DNA from: Akkermansia muciniphila
Lineage (GTDB): Bacteria > Verrucomicrobiota > Verrucomicrobiia > Limisphaerales > UBA1100
Reading direction: 5' to 3'
Assembly: GCA_945903605.1 (NCBI GenBank)
Contig: CAMDOH010000003.1
Coordinates: 5,654 to 69,653 of the forward strand
Length of the DNA: 64,000 nt
The position numbers were made by a program, and so were the translations under genes. Each line of letters opens with the position of its first letter. Position 1 is the first letter of the stretch. The notes beneath the pieces were generated by a model. It did no database searches, had not been told where the DNA came from, and saw only the letters and a program-made list of their open reading frames with translations. Positions 19,403 through 29,686 of the stretch are shown piece after piece.

Positions 19403-22021
19403 ATGACCGACAAGAACGACAACGATAAAACAAATTCACGAACAGAATCACTGTACGCAGCCAACGAAAAGCTCGCCAAGATCAACGTCGCCGAGGAGAT
19501 CAAAAACTCATTCCTCGACTACTCGATGTCGGTGATTGTATCGCGCGCATTACCCGATGTGCGGGATGGGTTGAAACCCTCACAGCGCCGCATTCTCTTC
19601 GCGATGCACGAGCTTTCGCTCTATCCGCCGCGCAAGCACATGAAGTGCGCCAAGATATGCGGCGACACTTCTGGTAATTTCCATCCGCACGGCGAGGCTG
19701 TGATCTATCCGACTCTCGTTCACATGGGGCAGTCATGGGCCATGCGAGAGCGACTCATTGATTCGCAGGGAAATTTCGGTTCCATCGAAGGTGATCCACC
19801 GGCCGCGATGCGTTATACCGAAGCGCGACTTTCTCCACTCGGCGGAACGCTGATGGATGACATGGAGAAGGACACGGTCGATTTCGTCCCGAACTATGAC
19901 GAACGACTCACTGAGCCAAAAGTTTTTCCTGCCTCATTCCCAAATCTATTGGTGAACGGTGGCACGGGCATCGCTGTAGGAATGGCGACCAACATGCCGC
20001 CGCATAATCTCGGCGAAATCATCGACGGCATTTGCGCGCAGATTGACGACCCGGAAATCACCATCGCCAAGTTGATGAAGCATGTGAAAGGGCCGGATTT
20101 TCCCACTGGCTCTACGGTATGTGGGCTGGAACCGATCAAACAGTATTTCACAACGGGTCGAGGCAGTTTGAAAGTCCGCGGGCGAGTGGGCATCGAGCAA
20201 CTCAAAGGCGGCAAAGAACAACTCGTCATCACTGAGATTCCCTACAACGTCAATCGCGCCACGCTTGTTAGTCGCATCGCCGATCTTGTTAACGAAAAGA
20301 TTATCACCGACATCACGGCCATTCGAGATGAGTCGGATGAGAATACGCGCGTCGTTATCGAGCTAAAACGCGATGGCATTCCGAAGGTAGTGATCAACAA
20401 TCTCTACAAGCATACTCAACTCGAATCCTCTTTTTCGGTGAATGCTCTGGCTATTGATCATGGCCGGCCAAAGACGCTTGGTCTGAAGGAAATGATCGGT
20501 GCCTATATCGAGCACCGTCGCGAAGTGGTGTTACGTCGCACGCGGTTTGAGTTACGCAAAGCCGAAGAGCGAGCTGAAGTGCTTGAAGGTTATCTCATCG
20601 CACTTTCCAACCTCGATGAATTCATCCATATCATCCGCGCATCGAAAAACCGCGATGAAGCCAAGGTAAAGCTGCTCGCTTTCGAATGGACTAAAGCTCA
20701 GGTGCTGCGTTGGGGGATTATCATTCGTAACGAATCGCGCCTCACGAGCGGACGTTACGGACTCACCGAGCGTCAGGTGGATTCCATTCTTGAACTGCGA
20801 CTCTACCAACTCACAGGGCTTGAGATCGACAAGGTCGAATCCGAATACAAGGCGCTCTTAAAGGCAATTGAAGATTTGATGGACATTATCGCCAAGGAAT
20901 CGCGAGTGATGACCATTATCAAAGCGGAGTTAAAGGTCATCCGCGAGAAGTTCGCCACACCGCGACTCACGGAGCTTGCCCCTGATGAGGGCGAAATGGC
21001 CATCGAAGATCTCATCGCCAACGAAGGCGTCATCATCACGCTCACGCATAGTGGACTGATCAAGCGCACCAATGTCTCAAGCTATCGCGCACAGCGTCGC
21101 GGCGGCAAAGGTGTCATCGGCATGACTACGCGCGAGGCGCAGACGGATGACGACAAAGATGATTTCATCGAGCATCTGTTCACTGCATCCACTCACGATT
21201 ACCTGATGTTCTTCACGAACACAGGTCGCGTGTATGTCGAGAGAGTGCACGAAATTCCGGACATGGGCCGAGCTGCGAAGGGACGCAGTATCGCGAATAT
21301 TCTCGAATTGAAGTCAGGCGAGAAGGTCGCTGCCCTCATTCGGATTCTTTCCAAAACAAATGCGAACAAGGAAGACACAACATGGGAACAGGAGGGACAT
21401 CTCTTCTTTGTGACCAGTATGGGTACGGTCAAAAAGACGGCACTTGCCGATTTTGCCAATGTCCGTAAAGGCGGTATCATTGCCATTGGAATTGAACCGG
21501 GCGACAACCTCATTGAGGTCAAACTAACCACAGGTCAGAACGAAGTCGTGCTTATCACCCGCGAAGGCATGAGCATCCGTTTCAGTGAAGAGGACGTGCG
21601 TTCTATGGGGCGTCCCGCAGGCGGAGTCCGCGGAATCACACTGGAAAAAACCGATGCTGTCGTCGCGCTTTCCGTCGTTGTAGCCGATGCCACGTTGCTT
21701 GTCGCCGGCGAGAACGCAATTGGCAAACGAACTCCATTTGATGAGTACCGGCTCCAATCGCGCGGTGGCAAAGGCATCATCACGATGAAAACCAACGACA
21801 AGACCGGTAATGTGGTCGGCGCATTGACCGTGCATGTTGGCGATGAAATCATGTTGATCACTCAGGAAGGGCAGATGGTTCGTACTGGCATCGATGGAAT
21901 TCGCGAGGCCGGGCGGAACACTCAAGGAGTTCGGCTCGTCAACCTGAGCGCCAATGACAAACTCACCGCCATTGCACCTGTCATCAGCGAAGATAAAGTA
22001 GACGAATCTGACCCAGAATAA
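19403..22021 (+). CDS. gyrA: DNA gyrase subunit A
   Basis: The translation has DGLKPSQRRILFAM, the QRDR-type HPHGEAVIY and the active-site AAMRYTEARL. C-terminal beta-pinwheel repeats are present. It lies 17 nt after gyrB. Confidence 0.95.
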   Translation: MTDKNDNDKTNSRTESLYAANEKLAKINVAEEIKNSFLDYSMSVIVSRALPDVRDGLKPSQRRILFAMHELSLYPPRKHMKCAKICGDTSGNFHPHGEAVIYPTLVHMGQSWAMRERLIDSQGNFGSIEGDPPAAMRYTEARLSPLGGTLMDDMEKDTVDFVPNYDERLTEPKVFPASFPNLLVNGGTGIAVGMATNMPPHNLGEIIDGICAQIDDPEITIAKLMKHVKGPDFPTGSTVCGLEPIKQYFTTGRGSLKVRGRVGIEQLKGGKEQLVITEIPYNVNRATLVSRIADLVNEKIITDITAIRDESDENTRVVIELKRDGIPKVVINNLYKHTQLESSFSVNALAIDHGRPKTLGLKEMIGAYIEHRREVVLRRTRFELRKAEERAEVLEGYLIALSNLDEFIHIIRASKNRDEAKVKLLAFEWTKAQVLRWGIIIRNESRLTSGRYGLTERQVDSILELRLYQLTGLEIDKVESEYKALLKAIEDLMDIIAKESRVMTIIKAELKVIREKFATPRLTELAPDEGEMAIEDLIANEGVIITLTHSGLIKRTNVSSYRAQRRGGKGVIGMTTREAQTDDDKDDFIEHLFTASTHDYLMFFTNTGRVYVERVHEIPDMGRAAKGRSIANILELKSGEKVAALIRILSKTNANKEDTTWEQEGHLFFVTSMGTVKKTALADFANVRKGGIIAIGIEPGDNLIEVKLTTGQNEVVLITREGMSIRFSEEDVRSMGRPAGGVRGITLEKTDAVVALSVVVADATLLVAGENAIGKRTPFDEYRLQSRGGKGIITMKTNDKTGNVVGALTVHVGDEIMLITQEGQMVRTGIDGIREAGRNTQGVRLVNLSANDKLTAIAPVISEDKVDESDPE

Positions 22022-22036
22022 TCCGAGCGGGATCTA

Positions 22037-22960
22037 TCAGCAGCAGTTCGTCCCGCAAACGGTCTGCGGCGCGTTTGAGATTTGAAAAACCGTCTGCGTT
22101 TGAAATGGAACTGGTGAACTCTTTCTGGCCTCGATTGTCACGGATCGAAATTCGATTCCATTGACCACGCGCCACGGCGTTTCCTGTCGTTGAAGAACTA
22201 CAACGGCATTGAATCCGGCGTTCTCGAATGCACTTAGAAATTCCCGTTCTTGCATCGCACCGGAGATGCACCCACTCCAGAGATCTGGGTCGGCCTGCAT
22301 CGAGTTGGGGACAGCGGTATCGGAAACAATATCAGAAATCACAGCGCGTCCACCTGTGCGAAGTACCCTGTGAATCTCGCGGAAGAGTTGTCTTTTTGCA
22401 GCGGGTTGCACGAGATTCAAAACACAATTGGAGACGACGACGTCGATGCTGGCTGTCGATACAAGCGGTTCGTTCAATCGAAGGTGTTCGGCGATGTCCT
22501 CATTCGCAAGATAGTCATCGAGTGGAGAAGTGGTCGGCTGTGTTTGCGCCTGTTCGAATTTGTGGAGATCAAGTGCGAGGTCTTGGATTCGTCCTTTGCG
22601 AAACTCGACGTTTGCGTATCCGAGTTGATTGGCAACAACGGGAGCGTTGCGTTGAGCGACTTCGATCATGGCGTCATTCATGTCCACACCGATGACTTTG
22701 CCATTGGGACCGACGACTTGCGCGGCGATGAAACAGATCTTTCCAGCGCCGCTGCCGAGATCGAGAATAGTTTCTCCAGCACGAATATGGCGTGATGGGT
22801 CACCGCAACCGTAATCTTTCTCGATGACTTCTTGTGGGATGATGGCGAGGTATCGGGCGTCGTACTCAACAGGACAACACAGTGCGGCTTCGGGTGCTGA
22901 TGCGGCGGCAGTGTAGCGTTGTTTGACGGCGGACTCTTTGCTCGAAACGGTGGCTGTCAT
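22037..22960 (-). CDS. SAM-dependent methyltransferase, arsenite methyltransferase (ArsM)-like
   Basis: The SAM motif ILDLGSGAGKICF is present. Cysteines sit at the positions expected for ArsM: CCPVEYD, YGCGDPS, SNCVLNL and WSGCISGA. No other ars genes are adjacent. Confidence 0.6.
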   Translation of the reverse strand: MTATVSSKESAVKQRYTAAASAPEAALCCPVEYDARYLAIIPQEVIEKDYGCGDPSRHIRAGETILDLGSGAGKICFIAAQVVGPNGKVIGVDMNDAMIEVAQRNAPVVANQLGYANVEFRKGRIQDLALDLHKFEQAQTQPTTSPLDDYLANEDIAEHLRLNEPLVSTASIDVVVSNCVLNLVQPAAKRQLFREIHRVLRTGGRAVISDIVSDTAVPNSMQADPDLWSGCISGAMQEREFLSAFENAGFNAVVVLQRQETPWRVVNGIEFRSVTIEARKSSPVPFQTQTVFQISNAPQTVCGTNCC

Positions 22961-22982
22961 TGATGATGGTCAATCTGTGATA

Positions 22983-24119
22983 TCAGAGGCCGCGATGGAT
23001 GAGTTCGAGCGCGATAATAGAATAAGCAGTGACGAGCGGTGTTTCTTTTTCCCACCAACGAGCGTTGTCGTTTTCCCATGTGCCATTGGATTTCTGGAGG
23101 TTCAATAGTTTGGCGGCGAGTTCTCTGCGCCAGTTGATCGTTTTCCCATTCTTCAGTTGGATCTCCGTGGTGCCGTGTACACTGAGTGCCTTAGCCATGA
23201 GATAGTAGTAATAGTAAAGCCCCTGCGGACCCATTCCGGGATTCTCTTCGAGCGTGAAATTCTCGGTGATCCATTTATGGACGGCGACAACGCGCGGGTC
23301 GTCGCGTTTCACTTCCGCGTAAATGTAGCTCATCATTCCTGCGTAGCTGATGGAGCCGTATGAGCGAAGGGCAACCTTACCAGTGGCGGAATTCGTGGCA
23401 CTGCCAGCCATGCTGTGGCCGGGGAAATAAATGAAGCCGCCTTTCTGTTTGGGGTCGTCGCTGGCAAAAGGAAGTTTGTTGTGCGACGGAAGATTCTGAC
23501 AATTCTGAATGAATTGAATGGCTGCGGCCCAGTTCAGATCGGGTTCCTTCGGATTGTCCTTCACCAAATGGCGAGTGTAGTAAAGTGATTCGAGTGCGGT
23601 GAGAGTGTTGTTGAGGTCAGAGTGCGGGTAGCGATTTCCATAACCAATGCCGCCATCGAGCGGGCTATCGAGAATGCCTTTCGTGTCAAAATCCTGTTGC
23701 AGTCCAACAAGGAAAGAGCGCGCTTTTCTGATCACTTTTTCATTCGCGGGATCATTGGCGGTGACCAATGCCATCATGCAAAGAGCGGTGTTGTAATTGG
23801 CCAGACCTTTTTCCTTCACATAGATACCTCCATCGGGCTGCACATTTTTCAGTAGAAATGCGTGCCCGCGCTTTACCCAATCTGGCATGGGAGATTTGCC
23901 AGTGCTCGACGGGTCACCATGAAAGGAGAGGAGGCAGAGCGCGGTAACGGCGGGATGATCTGGACTGAGCCAATAACCGTCGGCGTGTTGGCTGGCTTTG
24001 AGCGATGCGATGCCTTTGTCGATGGATCGCTGGACTTCTTGTTTGTAGGAAATATTCGGTTGCGCGAAGCAAGGCAACGCAGCGGCCATCAACAGCCATA
24101 TCACTTGAGTCGTTTTCAT
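22983..24119 (-). CDS. Secreted prenyltransferase/squalene-oxidase-repeat (terpenoid cyclase-like alpha-alpha toroid) protein
   Basis: The signal peptide is MKTTQVIWLLMAAALPCFA. Repeated QxxDGxW-type motifs occur: QHADGYW, VQPDGGIY, LDGGIGYG and QKSNGTWEN. Confidence 0.6.
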   Translation of the reverse strand: MKTTQVIWLLMAAALPCFAQPNISYKQEVQRSIDKGIASLKASQHADGYWLSPDHPAVTALCLLSFHGDPSSTGKSPMPDWVKRGHAFLLKNVQPDGGIYVKEKGLANYNTALCMMALVTANDPANEKVIRKARSFLVGLQQDFDTKGILDSPLDGGIGYGNRYPHSDLNNTLTALESLYYTRHLVKDNPKEPDLNWAAAIQFIQNCQNLPSHNKLPFASDDPKQKGGFIYFPGHSMAGSATNSATGKVALRSYGSISYAGMMSYIYAEVKRDDPRVVAVHKWITENFTLEENPGMGPQGLYYYYYLMAKALSVHGTTEIQLKNGKTINWRRELAAKLLNLQKSNGTWENDNARWWEKETPLVTAYSIIALELIHRGL

Positions 24120-24160
24120 CTTGTTAAGTTAGACGGAATTGAATTTCGAATCGCGTGTCG

Positions 24161-24859
24161 TTATTGTGATTTTTCAACTGGCTTGGGTAACGGCGGCAGA
24201 CGGAATTCGACAATGACAGCGGTGTTGAGAGGTGGAAGCCCTTTGGCCAGCACCTTCCAGTTCTCATCATTCTCGCGACCCGGTCGAGGATTGTTGAAAA
24301 GCGCATCTTGGTCGGTGATGAGTGAAAGAATGGAGCCGTCTCGTTGTGCGATGAATTGGCCTTCTTGAATTCGCGAACCATTAAAAACAAATGGTCCTTT
24401 CGTCATCGGCGCCTTGGCGGTCACATTTTCAATGAAGGATTCGGCTCGTGCGGATTTCTCTTTTTCATCTTTCCAGAAAATCTGAACTTCAACCTGTTCG
24501 CCGGGAATCGGCTCAGTGTGCTTCTCTGGAAAGGGTCGCGAGTTCAATCCCTTTGCGTTGAGCAGTATCATGGCAACTTGGATGTGTTGTGGCTGAGCGG
24601 CGGTGAGTAAGAGGCTTTCGTGCGTTTTACCTTTTTCTGTGACGACCAGATATTCGATCCATCCATCGGTCATGCAAATCTTCGCCGGGAAACGGACGGT
24701 GCGCGCGGCTTTATCCATTCGCACAAGACCAATTTGAAAGACATTCTTGCTGATCTGTTCGACGACCGGCTTGGTATCGTCTGCCGCAAAAAGAGGAATG
24801 GAAAAAATCGATGCCAATGCGAGAGCCACCAAGCGGGTTGATCGGAACGTATTCTTCAT
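24161..24859 (-). CDS. Secreted hypothetical protein
   Basis: The ORF is 24161..24883. An internal Met gives the signal peptide MKNTFRSTRLVALALASIFSIPLFA. I recognise no motif with confidence. Confidence 0.5.
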   Translation of the reverse strand: MKNTFRSTRLVALALASIFSIPLFAADDTKPVVEQISKNVFQIGLVRMDKAARTVRFPAKICMTDGWIEYLVVTEKGKTHESLLLTAAQPQHIQVAMILLNAKGLNSRPFPEKHTEPIPGEQVEVQIFWKDEKEKSARAESFIENVTAKAPMTKGPFVFNGSRIQEGQFIAQRDGSILSLITDQDALFNNPRPGRENDENWKVLAKGLPPLNTAVIVEFRLPPLPKPVEKSQ

Positions 24860-24953
24860 AAAACAATGAGGAAAACGTACCATGCTGAATCCTAGAAATC
24901 ACTTGGTATTTACGGGCGTGAACATTACCGTCCGCCAATAGTTGGACACACAT

Positions 24954-27107
24954 ATGGCTTCCAAGTCACTTTCCACAGCTGAACTGACCCAGATCAAAAT
25001 CGCGCTTCATAAACTGGCGCGAAACATCTGGTGGACTTGGAACCAGCATGCGCAGGAATTGTTCGCTGAATTGTCACCGCGCAGCTGGCAAAACCTCTAT
25101 CACAACCCTGTGGCTGTCCTACACGAAGTTTCGACCTACGAATTAGGCGTGCGATTGTTGGAGCCGGAATTTGCCGCGCGCGCCAAACAAGTTCTCGCAG
25201 ATTTCGACGCCTACATGAGTCAATCCGACACGTGGATCCGTCGTGAGATGCCCGAACTTGCCGGCAAGACCATCGCTTATTTCTCCGCCGAATTTGGACT
25301 TCACGAGACACTGCCGATCGCTGCGGGCGGCCTTGGAGTTCTTGCAGGTGACCATGCAAAATCTGCCAGCGATCTGGGCCTGAACTTTGTCGGCATCTCC
25401 CTGTTTTACCGTGAGGGCTATTTTCAGCAGGCCATCAATCGCGACAATTGGCAGACAGAATATTATTCGGTGCTCGACCCTAAATCTCTCCCCATCGAGC
25501 CCGTGCTGGATCCATCGGGCGAGCCGCTTGTGTGCAGTCTGCGAGTCGGGGCAGGTTCAATTTATTTTCAAGCGTGGCGAATCAATGTTGGACGTTGCGT
25601 CATCTACCTGCTTGACACCAATCGGCAAGAAAATGAGCCAGCCATTCGCGATTTGACCCTGCGTGTGTATGGCGGCGACGCCAATACGCGCATCTCGCAG
25701 GAGATGTTGCTTGGGATCGGTGGTGTGCGATTGCTTCGTGCATTGGGGAAGCAGCCAAATGTTTTCCACATGAACGAGGGACACGCTGCATTTCTCACGT
25801 TGGAATTGATGCGCGAGAAATTGGCCGACGGAATCTCGCTAGATCAGTCCATTGAACAAACGCGCCGGGAATGTATTTTCACGACGCATACTCCTGTTCC
25901 AGCTGGGCACGACCGGTTTCCATCCGACCTTGTTCAATATGCCGCCGGCACATTCATCGGAAAACTGAAACTCACGCTGCCGCAATTCATGGCGTTCGGG
26001 CGAGTGAACCCAGAAGATTTATCGGAACCATTTTGCATGACTGTGCTGGCTCTCAAATGTTCACGTGCGGCAAATGGGGTCAGCGAACTACACGGTCAAG
26101 TGAGTCGCGAAATGTGGCAGTCGATGTATCCGGGTAAAAAAGTAAGCGAAGTTCCCATTGGACATGTCACCAACGGCATTCACCTTGCCGGTTGGATGAA
26201 GGGGAGTGTGCGTCGATTCTGGCTGGACCGACTTGCGATTGGTAATGGCGGCAAGCATGACAGGCACGAGTATGAACTGATCAATCAGTCCGAGTTTTGG
26301 AATCAGATACTTTCGGCGGACACCGTATCGGATGAAGAGATTTGGGCTCTGCGTTATCGGCTCCGCCGTGAGTTGATAGAATTCGTTCGTCGCCGCATCT
26401 CCACATCGGAGCATCGTCCCAACGGCGGCTTCATCGAGTACGACACTTTGTTGGATTCCGATGCGCTAACCATTGGATTCGCTCGCCGATTTGCCACCTA
26501 CAAGCGCGCGCCGCTCATTTTTGATCAGTTAGAAAACATCCACAAACTAGTTCAAGATTCTCAGCGCACTGTTCAGTTTATTTTTGCTGGCAAGGCTCAT
26601 CCGCGCGATGACGAGGGAAAAAAATTCATCCAAAAGATTGTTCACCTGAGCAAATACAGCGACCTGAAAGGACGTCTCGTCTTTGTTGAAAACTACGACA
26701 TCCACGTCGCTCGCCAGATGGTCGCCGGTTGTGATATCTGGCTTAATAATCCGCGTCGACCGCTGGAAGCCTCGGGTACCAGTGGAATGAAAATCACGGC
26801 TCACGGCGGATTGAATTGCAGTATTCTTGATGGCTGGTGGCGCGAGGGATACGATGGTACGAATGGTTTTTCCATTGGCGACGATTCGCACCCTGAAAAC
26901 ATCGAAGAACAGGATCGCCGCGACAGTGCCAATCTTTTCAAGGTGCTTTCTGAGGAGATCATTCCCGCGTTTTACAACCGCGATGCCGACGGTATTCCGC
27001 ACGAATGGATCGGGCGCATCCGGCGTTCGATGGCCACACTCGCTCCTCAATACAACACGTGGCGCATGGTTCAGGAATATTGTCGGAAGTATTATCAGGC
27101 TGAGTAG
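24954..27107 (+). CDS. glgP: Alpha-glucan phosphorylase (GT35, DUF3417-type N-terminus)
   Basis: The translation has NIWWTWN, SAEFGLHE, GGLGVLAGDH and the PLP-lysine block EASGTSGMK. I chose ATG 24954. Confidence 0.85.
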   Translation: MASKSLSTAELTQIKIALHKLARNIWWTWNQHAQELFAELSPRSWQNLYHNPVAVLHEVSTYELGVRLLEPEFAARAKQVLADFDAYMSQSDTWIRREMPELAGKTIAYFSAEFGLHETLPIAAGGLGVLAGDHAKSASDLGLNFVGISLFYREGYFQQAINRDNWQTEYYSVLDPKSLPIEPVLDPSGEPLVCSLRVGAGSIYFQAWRINVGRCVIYLLDTNRQENEPAIRDLTLRVYGGDANTRISQEMLLGIGGVRLLRALGKQPNVFHMNEGHAAFLTLELMREKLADGISLDQSIEQTRRECIFTTHTPVPAGHDRFPSDLVQYAAGTFIGKLKLTLPQFMAFGRVNPEDLSEPFCMTVLALKCSRAANGVSELHGQVSREMWQSMYPGKKVSEVPIGHVTNGIHLAGWMKGSVRRFWLDRLAIGNGGKHDRHEYELINQSEFWNQILSADTVSDEEIWALRYRLRRELIEFVRRRISTSEHRPNGGFIEYDTLLDSDALTIGFARRFATYKRAPLIFDQLENIHKLVQDSQRTVQFIFAGKAHPRDDEGKKFIQKIVHLSKYSDLKGRLVFVENYDIHVARQMVAGCDIWLNNPRRPLEASGTSGMKITAHGGLNCSILDGWWREGYDGTNGFSIGDDSHPENIEEQDRRDSANLFKVLSEEIIPAFYNRDADGIPHEWIGRIRRSMATLAPQYNTWRMVQEYCRKYYQAE

Positions 27108-27179
27108 CGAACGGCGTGTTTTGTTACATCCTCGACAGGAAAATCAATTCCTGCGAGTTCATCGGTTTGTTTTGCCAGA

Positions 27180-28310
27180 ATGTTGCCGTACATCAAATCA
27201 TTTGCTCGTGAAGAATTGCAGGCTCAGTTGGAGCAGTGGAATGAGCCTGCCTTTCGGACTGACCAGATACTTTTCTGGCTTTATTCGCGCCGGGCAAGTT
27301 CATGGGATGAGATGACGAATCTCCCAAAACTACTTCGTGATCGTCTCCAATCAACTTTTTCACTGGGTGTCATCGAGTTGTTCCGAAAACTAGGCTCACG
27401 CGACACGACGCAAAAGTTTCTATGGCGATTACATGATCATTCGCTTGTGGAAAGCGTTCTCATCCCCGCCAGTCCATCTCTCTACGGTGAACAAAGCGAT
27501 CGCCACACGCTTTGTCTCTCCACGCAGGTAGGCTGTGCGTATGGTTGTAAATTCTGCGCAAGCGGACTCGATGGGTGGAAACGCAACTTGGAGCCATTCG
27601 AAATCGTGGAGCAAGTCATCGCCATTGAGCGTTGGCACGACAGGCAGCCGGAAGAGATGGAGCGCATCGACGGATCGCCGAAAGCCGATCGTATCATCAA
27701 CAACCTCGTCATAATGGGCATGGGCGAGCCGTTGGCGAATTACGCCAATCTGTTGAAAGCGCTCTCAATTCTGAACGCACCTTGGGGCGGTGGCATCGGC
27801 GCACGGAAGATTACTATTTCTACAAGTGGGCTAGCGCCGCAAATTCGGCAGCTTGCCGACGAGCCTTTTCAATTTCGACTGGCCATATCGCTCCATGGCG
27901 CGACCGACGAAGTACGATCTCGTATCATGCCGGTCAACAGGAAGTATCCACTCAAAGAACTGGCCAATGCCTGCGCCTATTATCAGGAGAAGAAAGGGCG
28001 CATGATCACATTCGAGTACATCCTCATTGCTGGTGTGAATGATCAACTCGATCAAATCAAACCGCTGTCGGCTCTCGCTCGACGATTAAATGCAAAAGTG
28101 AATCTGATTCCGTACAACAAGGTCGATGGCTTGGAATGGGTGCGACCTGATGAACGAACGCAGGAGGCATTTCTGGGTGCGCTTGAAGATCAGGGAATCA
28201 CTGCAACTCTTCGTCGTGAAAAAGGTCACGACATCGATGCCGCCTGTGGCCAGCTTCGATTGAAGACAGAACGCGAGTTGCGAGGCGATGTTGCCACAAC
28301 CAATACCTGA
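27180..28310 (+). CDS. rlmN: 23S rRNA/tRNA (adenine-C2)-methyltransferase, radical SAM
   Basis: The CxxxCxxC cluster reads VGCAYGCKFCASG. MGMGEPLANY and the C-terminal DIDAACGQL (catalytic Cys) are present. Confidence 0.9.
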   Translation: MLPYIKSFAREELQAQLEQWNEPAFRTDQILFWLYSRRASSWDEMTNLPKLLRDRLQSTFSLGVIELFRKLGSRDTTQKFLWRLHDHSLVESVLIPASPSLYGEQSDRHTLCLSTQVGCAYGCKFCASGLDGWKRNLEPFEIVEQVIAIERWHDRQPEEMERIDGSPKADRIINNLVIMGMGEPLANYANLLKALSILNAPWGGGIGARKITISTSGLAPQIRQLADEPFQFRLAISLHGATDEVRSRIMPVNRKYPLKELANACAYYQEKKGRMITFEYILIAGVNDQLDQIKPLSALARRLNAKVNLIPYNKVDGLEWVRPDERTQEAFLGALEDQGITATLRREKGHDIDAACGQLRLKTERELRGDVATTNT

Positions 28311-28325
28311 TTCTATTCTCGCGTC

Positions 28326-28943
28326 ATGATTGCGTTGCTTGACTATGGTTCCGGCAATCTCCGGAGTGTGGAGAAGGCGCTGAGGCATGTCGGTGCAGAT
28401 GTACGGGTGACATCGGATCGGAATGTGATGCGCAATGCGCGCGCCGTTGTACTGCCGGGAGTCGGCGCTTTCGATGACTGTCTCAACGCGATGGCTCGGC
28501 AGGAACTGCACGACGGAGTCAAAGAGTTCATCTCGAGTGGCCGGCCATTTCTAGGGATCTGCGTCGGCTATCAAGCGCTCTTTGAACGGAGCGAAGAGTT
28601 TAACAGTTGCGCAGATGGACTGGGGATCTTCAAAGGCAAAGTGGTTCGATTTACAGGGCAGGCAGGATACAAAGTGCCGCAGATTGGTTGGAATGAGATT
28701 CAGATTACGAAACCGGAGTGCCCGCTGTTTTGCGGTATTCCGAACGGCAGTCACTTTTACTTCGTGCACAGTTTTTATCCAAAGCCGATGGATGAATCGA
28801 TCGTCGCCACGCGCACGATGTACGGCGATCATTTCAGCTCATCAATCTGGCGGGACAATGTGTTCGCCACGCAGTTTCATCCGGAGAAAAGCCAGAAGCA
28901 CGGCCTGCAGTTGCTCAAGAACTTTGTTGCGCTGGGAAAGTAA
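28326..28943 (+). CDS. hisH: Imidazole glycerol phosphate synthase, glutamine amidotransferase subunit
   Basis: The N-terminus IALLDYGSGNLRSV, the nucleophile elbow GICVGYQ and the catalytic His/Glu block QFHPEKS are present. Confidence 0.9.
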   Translation: MIALLDYGSGNLRSVEKALRHVGADVRVTSDRNVMRNARAVVLPGVGAFDDCLNAMARQELHDGVKEFISSGRPFLGICVGYQALFERSEEFNSCADGLGIFKGKVVRFTGQAGYKVPQIGWNEIQITKPECPLFCGIPNGSHFYFVHSFYPKPMDESIVATRTMYGDHFSSSIWRDNVFATQFHPEKSQKHGLQLLKNFVALGK

Positions 28944-29009
28944 TTTCTGAGAGAGGACTTGTGAGTTTTCTGGCCGCCTGATATTTCTAACCCGACAACA
29001 TTATTAATT

Positions 29010-29636
29010 ATGTCACACGAACTTGCTCCGCTTCCCTATCAGCACGACGCACTGGAACCGCACATCGACAAGCAGACGATGGAAATTCACCACGGCAAAC
29101 ATCACAATGCCTACGTGACCAATTTGAACAAGGCGCTGGCTGGAAACGCTGAGTTGGAGGCTAAACCGATTCTCTCACTGATCGCTGATCTCGCCAGTGT
29201 GCCAGAAAACATTCGCGGCCCCGTTCGTAATAATGGCGGTGGTCATTGGAATCATACTTTCTTTTGGAATATTCTTGGACCCAATGCTGGCGGTGCGCCG
29301 ACGGGCCAATTGGCCGAGGCGATACTTGCGGCGTTCGGCAGCTTTGATGCGTTCAAGGAAAAATTTGAGGCCGGTGGCATCGGACGTTTTGGCAGTGGAT
29401 GGGTTTGGTTGGTTGTCAATGCAGGCAAGTTGGAGATCGTCTCCACGGCCAATCAGGATAATCCACACATGGGAAAAGCGATTGCCGGATGCGAAGGCAA
29501 ACCGGTGCTCGGCTGTGATGTTTGGGAGCACGCTTACTACCTCAAATATCAAAATCGCCGGCCAGATTATCTCAAAGCATGGTGGAACGCGGTGAATTGG
29601 GAGCAGGTCGCCAAGAACTACGAAGCCGCGAAGTAA
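29010..29636 (+). CDS. Fe/Mn superoxide dismutase
   Basis: The translation has [19 protein letters not shown] and [18 protein letters not shown]. Confidence 0.9.
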   Translation: MSHELAPLPYQHDALEPHIDKQTMEIHHGKHHNAYVTNLNKALAGNAELEAKPILSLIADLASVPENIRGPVRNNGGGHWNHTFFWNILGPNAGGAPTGQLAEAILAAFGSFDAFKEKFEAGGIGRFGSGWVWLVVNAGKLEIVSTANQDNPHMGKAIAGCEGKPVLGCDVWEHAYYLKYQNRRPDYLKAWWNAVNWEQVAKNYEAAK

Positions 29637-29654
29637 CGCTTTTAAATCTCACCC

Positions 29655-29686
29655 ATGCGCTGGGAAACCAGCGCATTTTTTATTTC
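29655..29686 (+). terminator. Intrinsic terminator after the sod gene
   Basis: A 9-bp stem pairs ATGCGCTGG with CCAGCGCAT around a GAAA loop, followed by TTTTTTATTTC. The T-tract overlaps the stop codon of the convergent gene. Confidence 0.7.
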
